64,000 bases of DNA from an uncultured Bacteroides sp. Its GTDB lineage: Bacteria > Bacillota > Clostridia > Christensenellales > CAG-917. The stretch is taken from contig CAZXUW010000005.1 in NCBI GenBank assembly GCA_964644355.1, positions 24,232-88,231 on the forward strand, in the 5' to 3' direction. The notes below the pieces were generated by a model. It had not been told where the DNA came from. It did no database searches and saw nothing but the letters and a program-made list of their open reading frames with translations. How positions within the stretch are numbered: the first letter of the stretch is position 1; each line of letters opens with the position of its first letter. The position numbers were made by a program, and so were the translations under genes. Positions 54,847 to 63,292 of this stretch are shown one piece after another.

Positions 54847-56655
54847 TTAGAACTTATGGTATGTTCCGTCACCTGCAAAGTAGCCGTATGGCACCCATTT
54901 GCCGATCGTGTCGTCAAAATAGCCGTTGTCAACAATCTCGCCGTTGAGGTCTGTGTAGGTGTAGTCTATCCATCTGCCTTCCTCGTCAAAGTAGCCGTCA
55001 TAGACGTTGCCGTCTTTGTCAACCCACTGTGCCTTGTCGTTGTAAGAGCCTTCCTTGGTGACGTCAAACTGCTCGTATTCAACCCAGTTGCCTTCCACAT
55101 CGAAATAGCCGTTGAACACGTTGCCATCCTCGTCAACCCACTGACCTTTGTCATTGTATTTGCCGATAAGCTCCGGCTCACCGTCGTTCTTGTTCTCGAT
55201 ACGCATCGTGATGCCAAATCCGCTCACGCCGGCATCCATGCCAAGCCCACCGAACATGCTGTCACTCTTGTATTCGTTGAAAAGCTTTTCTTCCTTGTCG
55301 AAATCAGCCTTGATTTTCTTGGGTTTCTTTGGCTTTTTGACTTCCGGTTGAGCAGGTCTTATAGGTGCGGATACGCTGTTTTCGTCTTGATCTACGACAG
55401 TCTCTTTCTTCTTGTCAGACGGCTTTTCCTCATCTAATGCTTGCTCGTCCTTGGACTTCTCTTTTTCAGCCTTATCTGCTTTGTCCTCAAGCGGACGATC
55501 TACGCCAAGCTCGCTCTTTTTCTGCGATGCAAAGCTCAATGCCAAAGCGCTCTGCACGTCGCCCTCATAACGCATGCGAGACATCTCGTCAAGAAGCTTG
55601 TTGTCTCTCTCATCTGCCTCGGGTGAGTCTTGCTCGATGAGCTTTGCCTGTGCTTGAACTCTCTCCTCCGCCGCCTTGCGTGCATTCTGCTTCTGCTGTT
55701 CAAGACGCACTTGATATGGCGATTTTGCAAGCTCCGGACGTGGCGATGTGGGCATAACCCTCTCTGCATCATTCTCTTTTTCTTTCTCGATGGCGGAATT
55801 TCTCAATGCCTCAAGCTCGTTTGCAACCGCTTTTTCTTTGGCATCTAGCACCTTTTGGAGCTTCTTGAGATACTGATCTTTCTTTTCTCCGACAGGATCT
55901 TTCAAAAGCAAAAATTCATTGGTAACCCATCTTGAAAGTTTGCTTACCGCCCTACCTGTCAAGAGCTTTATGCCTTCTTTCTTGAAACGCGCGTATTGAC
56001 TTGGTGAGTCAACCCCTTCCATAATCAAGCCGATTTTGTTGCTCTTGCAAAAACTTACAAGCATTGCTAGCACCTTTTTCTTGTTTTGAGCGGTGTCAAA
56101 ATAGCTTGCTTCACATCTCAAATAGTCAAAATTAAACTCCGCAAGCACGTCTAGTGCGTTGTAGTCCTCACCAAACGCCGATGCACAAATTTTGTAGCCG
56201 AGCTTACGCAAACGGTTGTATCTCTTTTTGCCTTCCTCATCAAGCCCCACAAGATTGGACACAAAGAAGGATATGACGAGATTGCTCTTTTTGTAGCCCA
56301 AATCCTTGAGTGTTGAGGTGAGCACGTCAAAATCTTTGTCATTATCCAAAAATCTTGTCGTAATGGGCAGACAATACGTGAGGTTGTCAGGGATAAGGAA
56401 ATTCTCTCGCATAACGAGGTCATAATTGACAAGCTCCTCAAGGGCAATGACGTTAAGCTCGTTGATACGCACGGAATTTTCTGCAATATAAAAATAATTG
56501 CATACGCTCATTCTCCCCAAATACCTGTCGTTGAGAACTTGAAACGCATCAACAAAAACTACCTTCTTGCTCTTGCCGGAAGCTTCAACAACTCCCCTGA
56601 AGAAAAAGTCAATAGGTTTGTACAGCGTTCTTTTTGCGTATGCCGTAGTATTCAT
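54847..56655 (-). CDS. Degenerate EAL-domain protein with a charged linker and C-terminal aromatic/Gly repeats
   Basis: Residues 1-245 follow the EAL-domain layout: YKPIDFF, VDAFQVLNDR, YFYIAENSVRINELNVIALEEL, LRKLGYKICASAFGEDYNALDVLAEFNFDYLRCE and LIMEGVDSPSQYARFKKEGIKLLTG. Most catalytic residues are replaced. Residues 250-490 are K/E-rich. Residues 495-602 contain repeats of YNDK(G/A)QWVD.DGNV..GYFD.EG.W..Y. An AGGTGGGA RBS precedes ATG 56655. Confidence 0.65.
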   Translation of the reverse strand: MNTTAYAKRTLYKPIDFFFRGVVEASGKSKKVVFVDAFQVLNDRYLGRMSVCNYFYIAENSVRINELNVIALEELVNYDLVMRENFLIPDNLTYCLPITTRFLDNDKDFDVLTSTLKDLGYKKSNLVISFFVSNLVGLDEEGKKRYNRLRKLGYKICASAFGEDYNALDVLAEFNFDYLRCEASYFDTAQNKKKVLAMLVSFCKSNKIGLIMEGVDSPSQYARFKKEGIKLLTGRAVSKLSRWVTNEFLLLKDPVGEKKDQYLKKLQKVLDAKEKAVANELEALRNSAIEKEKENDAERVMPTSPRPELAKSPYQVRLEQQKQNARKAAEERVQAQAKLIEQDSPEADERDNKLLDEMSRMRYEGDVQSALALSFASQKKSELGVDRPLEDKADKAEKEKSKDEQALDEEKPSDKKKETVVDQDENSVSAPIRPAQPEVKKPKKPKKIKADFDKEEKLFNEYKSDSMFGGLGMDAGVSGFGITMRIENKNDGEPELIGKYNDKGQWVDEDGNVFNGYFDVEGNWVEYEQFDVTKEGSYNDKAQWVDKDGNVYDGYFDEEGRWIDYTYTDLNGEIVDNGYFDDTIGKWVPYGYFAGDGTYHKF

Positions 56656-56933
56656 TTCCCACCTTTCCACACGCACGCTAGCGGAGCGTACGAGCGCATA
56701 ATACTCTAATATACTTTTTCAATTATACCATTAGACAACAAAATTGGCAATAGGTTTTGATATTTTTTTACATTTTGTACAATTGCTTGCAATTAAATCC
56801 AAATTGAAACGGGCAAATATAGTCAAATATTTTGCGATTTGCCACACGGCAAACGAAACGTGCAAAACACACCATAACTGCAACTTGCATATCATAACAA
56901 TTCAAAAAGCCCTCGCAATGAGAGCTTTTTGTC

Positions 56934-57021
56934 TTGGTGCCGAAAATCGGGGTCGAACCGATACGATGTTTCCATCGAGGGATTTTAAGTCCCTTGCGTC
57001 TGCCTATTCCGCCATTCCGGC
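56934..57021 (-). tRNA. tRNA-Leu (anticodon UAA)
   Basis: Reverse complement GCCGGAATGGCGGAATAGGCAGACGCAAGGGACTTAAAATCCCTCGATGGAAACATCGTATCGGTTCGACCCCGATTTTCGGCACCA. It has a long variable arm and the anticodon loop CTTAAAA. Confidence 0.9.
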
Positions 57022-57097
57022 ATGTTAAGTATGTGTTAAGTTGTTTGCTTGAGCGTGGTGGTCTTTGTGCAGACGCCGGGATGAACACCGTTCATTT

Positions 57098-57119
57098 GTC
57101 TGCCTATTCCGCCATTCCG
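57098..57119 (-). other. 22-nt duplicate of the tRNA-Leu 5' acceptor/D-arm segment (tRNA fragment)
   Basis: GTCTGCCTATTCCGCCATTCCG occurs at 56998..57019 (inside tRNA-Leu) and again at 57098..57119. The second copy has no anticodon arm, T-arm or 3' acceptor partner. Confidence 0.6.
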
Positions 57120-57226
57120 TCATTGTGCGACTGCTTTTCGTATTTTAGCACAAGCGTTTTTATTTGTAAAGAACTAGCATAAAACTAGCAATAAAAAAAT
57201 CCCAAACAAAGCGTTTGAGATTCTTT

Positions 57227-57300
57227 TGGAGGCATCACCCAGACTTGAACTGGGGGTGAGGATTTTGCAGACCCTTGCCTTACCACTTGGCTATGATGCC
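57227..57300 (-). tRNA. tRNA-Cys (anticodon GCA)
   Basis: Reverse complement GGCATCATAGCCAAGTGGTAAGGCAAGGGTCTGCAAAATCCTCACCCCCAGTTCAAGTCTGGGTGATGCCTCCA. The anticodon loop is CTGCAAA. Confidence 0.9.
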
Positions 57301-57312
57301 GGATTTTGCTTG

Positions 57313-57387
57313 TGGAGCGGGAGACGGGATTCGGACCCGCGACTTTCACCTTGGCAAGGTGACACTCTACCACTGAGTCACTCCCGC
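57313..57387 (-). tRNA. tRNA-Gly (anticodon GCC)
   Basis: Reverse complement GCGGGAGTGACTCAGTGGTAGAGTGTCACCTTGCCAAGGTGAAAGTCGCGGGTCCGAATCCCGTCTCCCGCTCCA. The anticodon loop is TTGCCAA. Confidence 0.9.
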
Positions 57388-57466
57388 ATTTGATTGCTTT
57401 AACAATATATCAAACAAAAAAGATTTTTGCAACCTTTTTTTCAAAGTTTACAATGATAGTTGCAAT

Positions 57467-58273
57467 TTATTTTTTTCTGTCGCTTAGCAATTTGACAAAT
57501 TCTTTAAGTTCGGTGGCGTTTGCAAAGCCGTCTGCAATGAGGTTTGCCTGTGACGATTTTTCCTGCAAAATAGCTTTTACACCATCCGCCCCCTTGATGG
57601 CAACAACGCCGTCGTTATCCAAAAGGTCGTCCGCAAGCTGAAATGATATTCCCACGTTTTGTGCAAATTTTGCAATATTTTCCACTTGCTCGTCCGATGC
57701 TCCTGCCAATATCGCACCTGCACGGAATGCACCCTCTATCAACGCACCCGTCTTTTGGGAATACATGTCCAAATATTCACTCTCACTGTTGCAACCTTGC
57801 AAATCTTTCTCCTGACCGAGAACCATAATTTCGGCGGATTTTGCAATGGTTTGCGATGCACGAGCAAACAACCTACCATAGCGGTTTGCTCCATCCAACA
57901 GCACACTCATTGCCAAGCTCAACAGTGCGTCACCAATCAAAATGCCGTTTGCGTGTCCAAATTTTTTGTGCACGGACAGCTTGCCTCTGCGATAATCATC
58001 GTTGTCCATTGCAGGCAAATCGTCGTGCACAAGTGAATAGCTATGCACAAGCTCAATGCCCATTGCAAGTGACAACACGGCTTGGATGTCACAATCTTTG
58101 CCCACTGCCTTTGCACCAAGGCATACGCACAGCGGACGGATACGTTTTCCGCCGTCCAAAACAGCATACCTCATCCCTTCTGCAATCAAAGAAGTGCCGT
58201 CTGCAAGCAAATCTTTGACGGAATTCTCAAACAAGGCAAGAAATTGTTGATTGTCGCAATCTTTCAAAACCAT
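57467..58273 (-). CDS. ispA: Polyprenyl (farnesyl/geranyl) diphosphate synthase
   Basis: First Asp-rich motif LVHDDLPAMDNDDYRRG and second motif FQLADDLLD. It follows xseB. Confidence 0.85.
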   Translation of the reverse strand: MVLKDCDNQQFLALFENSVKDLLADGTSLIAEGMRYAVLDGGKRIRPLCVCLGAKAVGKDCDIQAVLSLAMGIELVHSYSLVHDDLPAMDNDDYRRGKLSVHKKFGHANGILIGDALLSLAMSVLLDGANRYGRLFARASQTIAKSAEIMVLGQEKDLQGCNSESEYLDMYSQKTGALIEGAFRAGAILAGASDEQVENIAKFAQNVGISFQLADDLLDNDGVVAIKGADGVKAILQEKSSQANLIADGFANATELKEFVKLLSDRKK

Positions 58274-58274
58274 A

Positions 58275-58493
58275 TCAGTCGAGCTTCAATTCTTCAGTCA
58301 ACTTGTTGATGTCGTCAACAAGCAGTTCAAGCTTACCTTTTTCCGCTTTCAACTCATCGATACAAACTCTTGACAGCTCAATGCCTCTTTCAAAAGCCTT
58401 GACTGCCTCGTCAAGAGGAATATCCCCCTCAAGCTTTTTGACGATGCTCTCAAGTTCAGCGAGTGTATCTTCAAACTTCTTGATTTCAGCCAT
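58275..58493 (-). CDS. xseB: Exodeoxyribonuclease VII small subunit
   Basis: 72-aa MAEIKKFEDTLAELESIVKKLEGDIPLDEAVKAFERGIELSRVC... An AAGGAG RBS precedes ATG 58493. It overlaps the xseA 3' end. Confidence 0.85.
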   Translation of the reverse strand: MAEIKKFEDTLAELESIVKKLEGDIPLDEAVKAFERGIELSRVCIDELKAEKGKLELLVDDINKLTEELKLD

Positions 58494-59733
58494 TGTTATT
58501 CTCCTTAAAAATCTCGATATTTTCAACAACTGCCGTAACTTCACCGTCCGAACCAGTTGCCTTTATTGTATCTCCAACGTTGAGTTTTGCCACAGAGCTT
58601 ATCGTTTCATCGCCGGCACGCACTCTGAAGTAGCCTCTACGCAAGGTTTTAAGAGGACTCAAATTGTCAAGAGCAACCGTTGCTCTATCCACTCTGCCCT
58701 CTGCAACTTCAATGCGTCTTTGCACAAGCTGTCTTGCCTTTTGGACGTTGTTGACAACTCTATGCTCTCTCTTCAAATAGAACTCTGACGCAAGTCCTCC
58801 AAGCCTCAAACAATTCCTTTGCAAAAGAGCACTCTTTCTGTCAAACGCTCTTGTGGTGTTTGCCAAAAGTCTTGACATATTCTTATTCAATGAATCCAAC
58901 ATTGCATAATAATCATATGCGATCAGCTCACCCGCCGCAGTAGGCGTTGCCGCCCTAGCATCCGCAACAAAGTCACAAAGAGAAAAATCAGTCTCATGCC
59001 CAACGGCGGATACAACAGGAGTGTTCATTGCATACACCGCCCTTACAAGCGACTCGTCATAGAATGGAGCCAAATCCTCAAGCGAACCTCCGCCTCTTGC
59101 AATGACGATGACGTCATATCCGAGCCTATCCACTCTCTCGAGAACTTTGGCAATGTCCTTGCCTGCCCCCTCGCCCTGCACCCTCACGTCCTTGACGGTG
59201 ATGTTGAGGATGGGATTTTTGCGTCTTACCGTTGTCACTATATCTCTTATGACCGCCCCTGTTTTTGAGGTGACGACAAGGGCATTTTTTGCAAATTGAG
59301 GGATAGGTTTTTTGTGAGCCTCGTCAAACAACCCCTCCTCGAGAAGCTTTGCTTTTAGCCTTTCAAATTCCAAAAACAAAGCACCCTGACCAACAGGAGT
59401 TATCTCACTTGCTTGCAATGAAAGTCTACCGCCCTTGAGATAGTAATCCAGAGAACCTCTTATTATCACACTCTCACCGTCTTTTGGCACGTACGTCTTT
59501 CTTGCGTTGAAACATACACATGACAGTTGCGAATATTTATCCTTCAAAGTGAAGTAAGCATGCGGTCCGCTAAACTTGTATCCGGAGACCTCACCAAACA
59601 CCTCAAGCCCCTTAAAAATTGGTGCATCAATACACGCCTTGATTGTGGCGTTGACCTCACTTACAGAGATAACATTTTCTGAAATTTGGGGTTTAATTGG
59701 CATAATCGACACTTTATCCACCGTTTTTGACAT
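58486..59733 (-). CDS. xseA: Exodeoxyribonuclease VII large subunit
   Basis: N-terminal OB fold (VSEVNATIKACID...FGEVSGYKFSGPHAYFTLKD) and the catalytic core GRGGGSLEDL. Confidence 0.9.
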   Translation of the reverse strand: MSKTVDKVSIMPIKPQISENVISVSEVNATIKACIDAPIFKGLEVFGEVSGYKFSGPHAYFTLKDKYSQLSCVCFNARKTYVPKDGESVIIRGSLDYYLKGGRLSLQASEITPVGQGALFLEFERLKAKLLEEGLFDEAHKKPIPQFAKNALVVTSKTGAVIRDIVTTVRRKNPILNITVKDVRVQGEGAGKDIAKVLERVDRLGYDVIVIARGGGSLEDLAPFYDESLVRAVYAMNTPVVSAVGHETDFSLCDFVADARAATPTAAGELIAYDYYAMLDSLNKNMSRLLANTTRAFDRKSALLQRNCLRLGGLASEFYLKREHRVVNNVQKARQLVQRRIEVAEGRVDRATVALDNLSPLKTLRRGYFRVRAGDETISSVAKLNVGDTIKATGSDGEVTAVVENIEIFKENNNG

Positions 59734-59816
59734 TAAATCAATTTTTTACTATTTTTTTATGTAACAAAAATCCCGAATGCAAGACATGCAATTCCGTCCA
59801 AGCAATCGGGATAAAT

Positions 59817-60212
59817 TCACTTGATATCTTTGACGATTTTGGCAAGCACTCCGTTGACAAAAGAGCCCGATTTGTCCGTGCCGTACTTCTTTGAAAGATC
59901 GACGGCTTCGTTGATGACAACAGCATTTGGAGCGGTATGCTCGCAAAGCTCGTACGTTGCCAAAAGCAACACTGCATAATCGGGACGATACACCCTTTCA
60001 AGCTTGTATCCCTCAAGGTGCGACTCGATGATGCTCTTGAGTTCTTCTTCTTTGGTGATGACGCCGATGTAGGTTGAATTGATATAATTCTTGTCATCGT
60101 CGTTTAGGTTGCTACCAACAAGCATAAGCTCAAGTGTACCTTCGTTCACCGAGCCGTAAAAGGTGTATTCAAACACCAACTTAAACACGTTTTCTCTTGC
60201 TAATCTTCTCAT
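59817..60212 (-). CDS. nusB: Transcription antitermination factor NusB
   Basis: MRRLARENVFKLVFEY... and the ...VINEAVDLSKKYG...FVNGVLAK motifs. Confidence 0.9.
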   Translation of the reverse strand: MRRLARENVFKLVFEYTFYGSVNEGTLELMLVGSNLNDDDKNYINSTYIGVITKEEELKSIIESHLEGYKLERVYRPDYAVLLLATYELCEHTAPNAVVINEAVDLSKKYGTDKSGSFVNGVLAKIVKDIK

Positions 60213-60215
60213 AAT

Positions 60216-60521
60216 CTATTGTGGAATATTTACGTTGACAACTTGAACGTTTACAGACTGAACGGCAAACTTTGTTGCACGCTCTATTTGTGTTTTGATT
60301 TTTTCTTGAAGCAATGCCACCTGCACGGGAACACTGTATCCTATATCGATATTCACAAAGCAATCTACCGCCACTTTCTCATTTTCAAGCACATACACGG
60401 AAACAGCTCCATGGTTGCGTTTGGAATTGAGCAAAGACACGCCCTTGACTTCTCCTGCGGCTTCTGTTGCCAAGGAGACGAGAACGTCGTTTAATACTGT
60501 CACTTTTTTTTCTTTAGCCAT
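60216..60521 (-). CDS. Asp23/Gls24-family protein
   Basis: Pattern LNDVLVSLATEAAGEVKGV...VNIDIGYSVPV...QEKIKTQIE is typical of Asp23. An AGAGGTAA RBS is present. Confidence 0.8.
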   Translation of the reverse strand: MAKEKKVTVLNDVLVSLATEAAGEVKGVSLLNSKRNHGAVSVYVLENEKVAVDCFVNIDIGYSVPVQVALLQEKIKTQIERATKFAVQSVNVQVVNVNIPQ

Positions 60522-60672
60522 AGTTACCTCTTTTGGTTATTATACCACAGCAAAACAATTATATCAACCACTCTAAAACACATTTTACTCCCACTTTACT
60601 CCCAAAACTGCCAAAAATATGAAAACGCAAGCACTCATATGCCTGCGTTTTCCTATATTCTCCCCTGCCGAC

Positions 60673-61167
60673 TTAATTGTACGGAATCACTTTCACCTCT
60701 GTTGCCTTGAACGTCGTCTCGCTCACAACCACCGACAAAATCTGATTGGCTTGCTCAACACTCAACTGCTCGGAACCTACAACTATGCTCACGCCACTGT
60801 CGCTGATTGTGACGATTGCATCATCAAAGCCTTTGCCTTTGATGAGCGTTTCAAGTGCAAGCTCTGTTTCCATTCTCTCAACAATCTGCATCTTTTGCTC
60901 TGATGCGGTTTGCTTTGCGCTTTCAGTGCTGGAGTCTGAATTTACAATGGCATCGAGATACAAAAACTCCGATTCTCTTGTTGAATCTCTGTCGCTTCTT
61001 GCCGCCGAAAAGAAGGTTGCAACAACGTCACCGCCACCGTTTGTCACGTCTGTTGACGTGTCGTTGAGTTTTTCACTCAACACAAAATTCAGCACGCCCG
61101 TTGCAACAAGCAACACCACCATCACGGCAAGGACAAGCACCTTTTTAGTTTTGGATTTCATTTTCAT
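60673..61167 (-). CDS. spoIIIAH: Stage III sporulation protein AH
   Basis: N-terminal TM segment followed by a YscJ/FliF-like C-domain (ETLIKGKGFDDAIVTISDSGVSIVV). It is the last gene of the spoIIIA order. Confidence 0.75.
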   Translation of the reverse strand: MKMKSKTKKVLVLAVMVVLLVATGVLNFVLSEKLNDTSTDVTNGGGDVVATFFSAARSDRDSTRESEFLYLDAIVNSDSSTESAKQTASEQKMQIVERMETELALETLIKGKGFDDAIVTISDSGVSIVVGSEQLSVEQANQILSVVVSETTFKATEVKVIPYN

Positions 61168-61188
61168 ATATTCCTCCTATATGTTCAA

Positions 61189-61548
61189 TTATTGTTTTTT
61201 CGTCATCACGCCAACAAGCTTGTAGTCAACTCCCAAAGCCGTTGTGGTTGCCTCAACAAGCCGCAATCTCACAAGCGGATTATCCGCACCGCTTGCAAGC
61301 ACAAGCACTCCGACAATCTCGCTCGACTCTCTTGAAATCATCACTTCCACCTCGCCGGCACCAGACACCGCAGACAGAATTGAGGCAAGCTTGCTTTCCT
61401 CGTCGCTCATGAGGCTTACGCTCTCTTGCGAAGTCGTTACGCTAGAGTATATGATGAGTGCAATTGCAATTATGAATACAAAAAGGATAATCTTTATGTT
61501 TTTTATTTCTTTCACCTTTTTGATGAAATTTGAGATAACATTATCCAT
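61189..61548 (-). CDS. spoIIIAG: Stage III sporulation protein AG
   Basis: N-terminal TM segment, GAGEVEVMI and the VGVLVLASGADNPLVRLRLVEA motif. Confidence 0.75.
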   Translation of the reverse strand: MDNVISNFIKKVKEIKNIKIILFVFIIAIALIIYSSVTTSQESVSLMSDEESKLASILSAVSGAGEVEVMISRESSEIVGVLVLASGADNPLVRLRLVEATTTALGVDYKLVGVMTKKQ

Positions 61549-61993
61549 AAATTCCCTCTCGCTCTTTGAGATATATGACTCTCACAAGGTTTTTATTAAC
61601 GCCCAATGTTTTTGTCACCACCGCCACGATGTTGTCCGCACTCATCTCACTTGCATACACAATCACCCGCACGCTTTTCACAACGGTGTTATCACACTCG
61701 ACTTGCACGTCGCACTCACAGTTGCACCATTCAAGTTCACTCTTTGCTTTTTGCTCGAGATACGTATATAGCTTAGCCGACTTCTCACTTTCAACCGCAA
61801 AAAAATCACTGCTATCAAAGTCAATTTGAAAGTCTGCATTTGCGATGATTGGCAGGATTGATGAAATCACAAGCACCACAAGCAAAGAAAATGCACCCCT
61901 GACGTACTTTGCCATTTTGCCGGATGGCAAGAGAATGTCCACAAGCACACCAAGTGCAATGACACCGACAACGGACAATATCCACTCTTTCAT
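61541..61993 (-). CDS. spoIIIAF: Stage III sporulation protein AF
   Basis: Two N-terminal TM segments plus position between AE and AG. ATG 61993 lies 1 nt after the AE stop. Confidence 0.7.
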   Translation of the reverse strand: MKEWILSVVGVIALGVLVDILLPSGKMAKYVRGAFSLLVVLVISSILPIIANADFQIDFDSSDFFAVESEKSAKLYTYLEQKAKSELEWCNCECDVQVECDNTVVKSVRVIVYASEMSADNIVAVVTKTLGVNKNLVRVIYLKEREGIYG

Positions 61994-61994
61994 A

Positions 61995-63266
61995 TCAAAC
62001 CCCAAAATTGCAGGTTGCAATTATCATCATTATCATGAGGAAGAACAAGAACGCAACTCCTGCCAATGCCGTCACAAGCAGATTGACGTTTTTTGCGACG
62101 TCCGTCATGAGCGTTGCAACTCTATCATCTCCAACTGGCTCGGCAATGGATGCGCAAATCCGCAATCCCAATGAAAAAACAACCACTTTCACAATGGGAA
62201 ACAGCACGATTGCACAAAGGATAATTGCCCCGGTATAGCCGACTGCATTTTTCACAAGCACCACCGATGCCGTCAAAATATCCAATCCGTCACTCAAATA
62301 TCCGCCCAATATTGGCACATAGCTGGATATTGCAAATTTTGCAACTCCAAAGCCAAATTTGTCCGTAACTCCACCACTCACCCCTTGCAAGGTCAAAAAG
62401 CTTGCAAACAATCCAAATACGATGCCTATAAGCCAAGTGGACGCAGAGCGTAAAAGCTTGATAAGCTTGTCAAGTTTCACGCTTTTTGACACTCCGCCAA
62501 CCACACTAAACACTATGCTTGCAACAAATATCGGCAGAATCACGGACGTTATCATTTTCAAGATTACCGAGCCAAGCACAGCCGTAAGCGAGGTGTATCC
62601 GCCAACAATGGTTGTCGCACCCAACGTGGATAAAAGCCCAAGCAGAATTGGAAAGAGAACTTCAAGCAAAGTGTAGAGCAAATTTATCGTACCACTCACC
62701 TCTTTTGCAACGTTCATAACCCCTGTTGACAGGACGATGACGATTGCAAGATAACACACGATATGCACGATTTCGGTTGTTGAATGGTTGAGAAAATCAC
62801 CGGTGAGCGAACCAAGCATATTCTTGAGAATACACAGCAGAATTATCGTGATCATACTTGGCAAAACGCCAAGAAAATACCTGCCTACACTCTTTGCAAG
62901 AAAGTCGAATATCCGCACAAAAAAATCGTCACTCTCACCATTCAAAACGCTCTTGATTTCGCTCAACACATCCTCAAAGGAAAGCACCTCTCCGCCATTT
63001 TGATTGATGAGTTCAACAAGTTTTGTCAATGCAGAAAAGTCAATGTCGTCAAGCAAAGAATTGACGGCATCACTCATATCCTCCTCAACTTGTTCTTGTT
63101 CGTTTGATGAGGCATATGCAATGTTTTGATGTGAAAAACAGCCAAAAAACATAGCAAAAAACATCAAAAAAACGGCAAAAAATATGGCTTTTTTAAGTGC
63201 TTTTTTATGTGTTTTTCCATATGTTTTTTTCATATCGACAACAAACAATCCCCTCATAACCGTCAA
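61995..63266 (-). CDS. spoIIIAE: Stage III sporulation protein AE (start uncertain: 63266, 63257 or 63233)
   Basis: Signal-like N-terminus followed by a polytopic membrane protein of ~400 aa, in the conserved spoIIIA position. Confidence 0.8.
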   Translation of the reverse strand: MTVMRGLFVVDMKKTYGKTHKKALKKAIFFAVFLMFFAMFFGCFSHQNIAYASSNEQEQVEEDMSDAVNSLLDDIDFSALTKLVELINQNGGEVLSFEDVLSEIKSVLNGESDDFFVRIFDFLAKSVGRYFLGVLPSMITIILLCILKNMLGSLTGDFLNHSTTEIVHIVCYLAIVIVLSTGVMNVAKEVSGTINLLYTLLEVLFPILLGLLSTLGATTIVGGYTSLTAVLGSVILKMITSVILPIFVASIVFSVVGGVSKSVKLDKLIKLLRSASTWLIGIVFGLFASFLTLQGVSGGVTDKFGFGVAKFAISSYVPILGGYLSDGLDILTASVVLVKNAVGYTGAIILCAIVLFPIVKVVVFSLGLRICASIAEPVGDDRVATLMTDVAKNVNLLVTALAGVAFLFFLMIMMIIATCNFGV

Positions 63267-63292
63267 CGTAACAATGCAAATTTTTGAGTTTT

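Noticed and set aside
44220-57130. Calling the 12-kb locus an integrated mobile element or genomic island at a tRNA.
   Set aside because: No integrase, recombinase or transposase gene is present. No direct repeat of the tRNA 3' end is found at the comM-proximal border. The only repeat is a 5' tRNA-Leu fragment on the far side. Composition does not look obviously foreign by eye. This is kept only as a low-confidence note.
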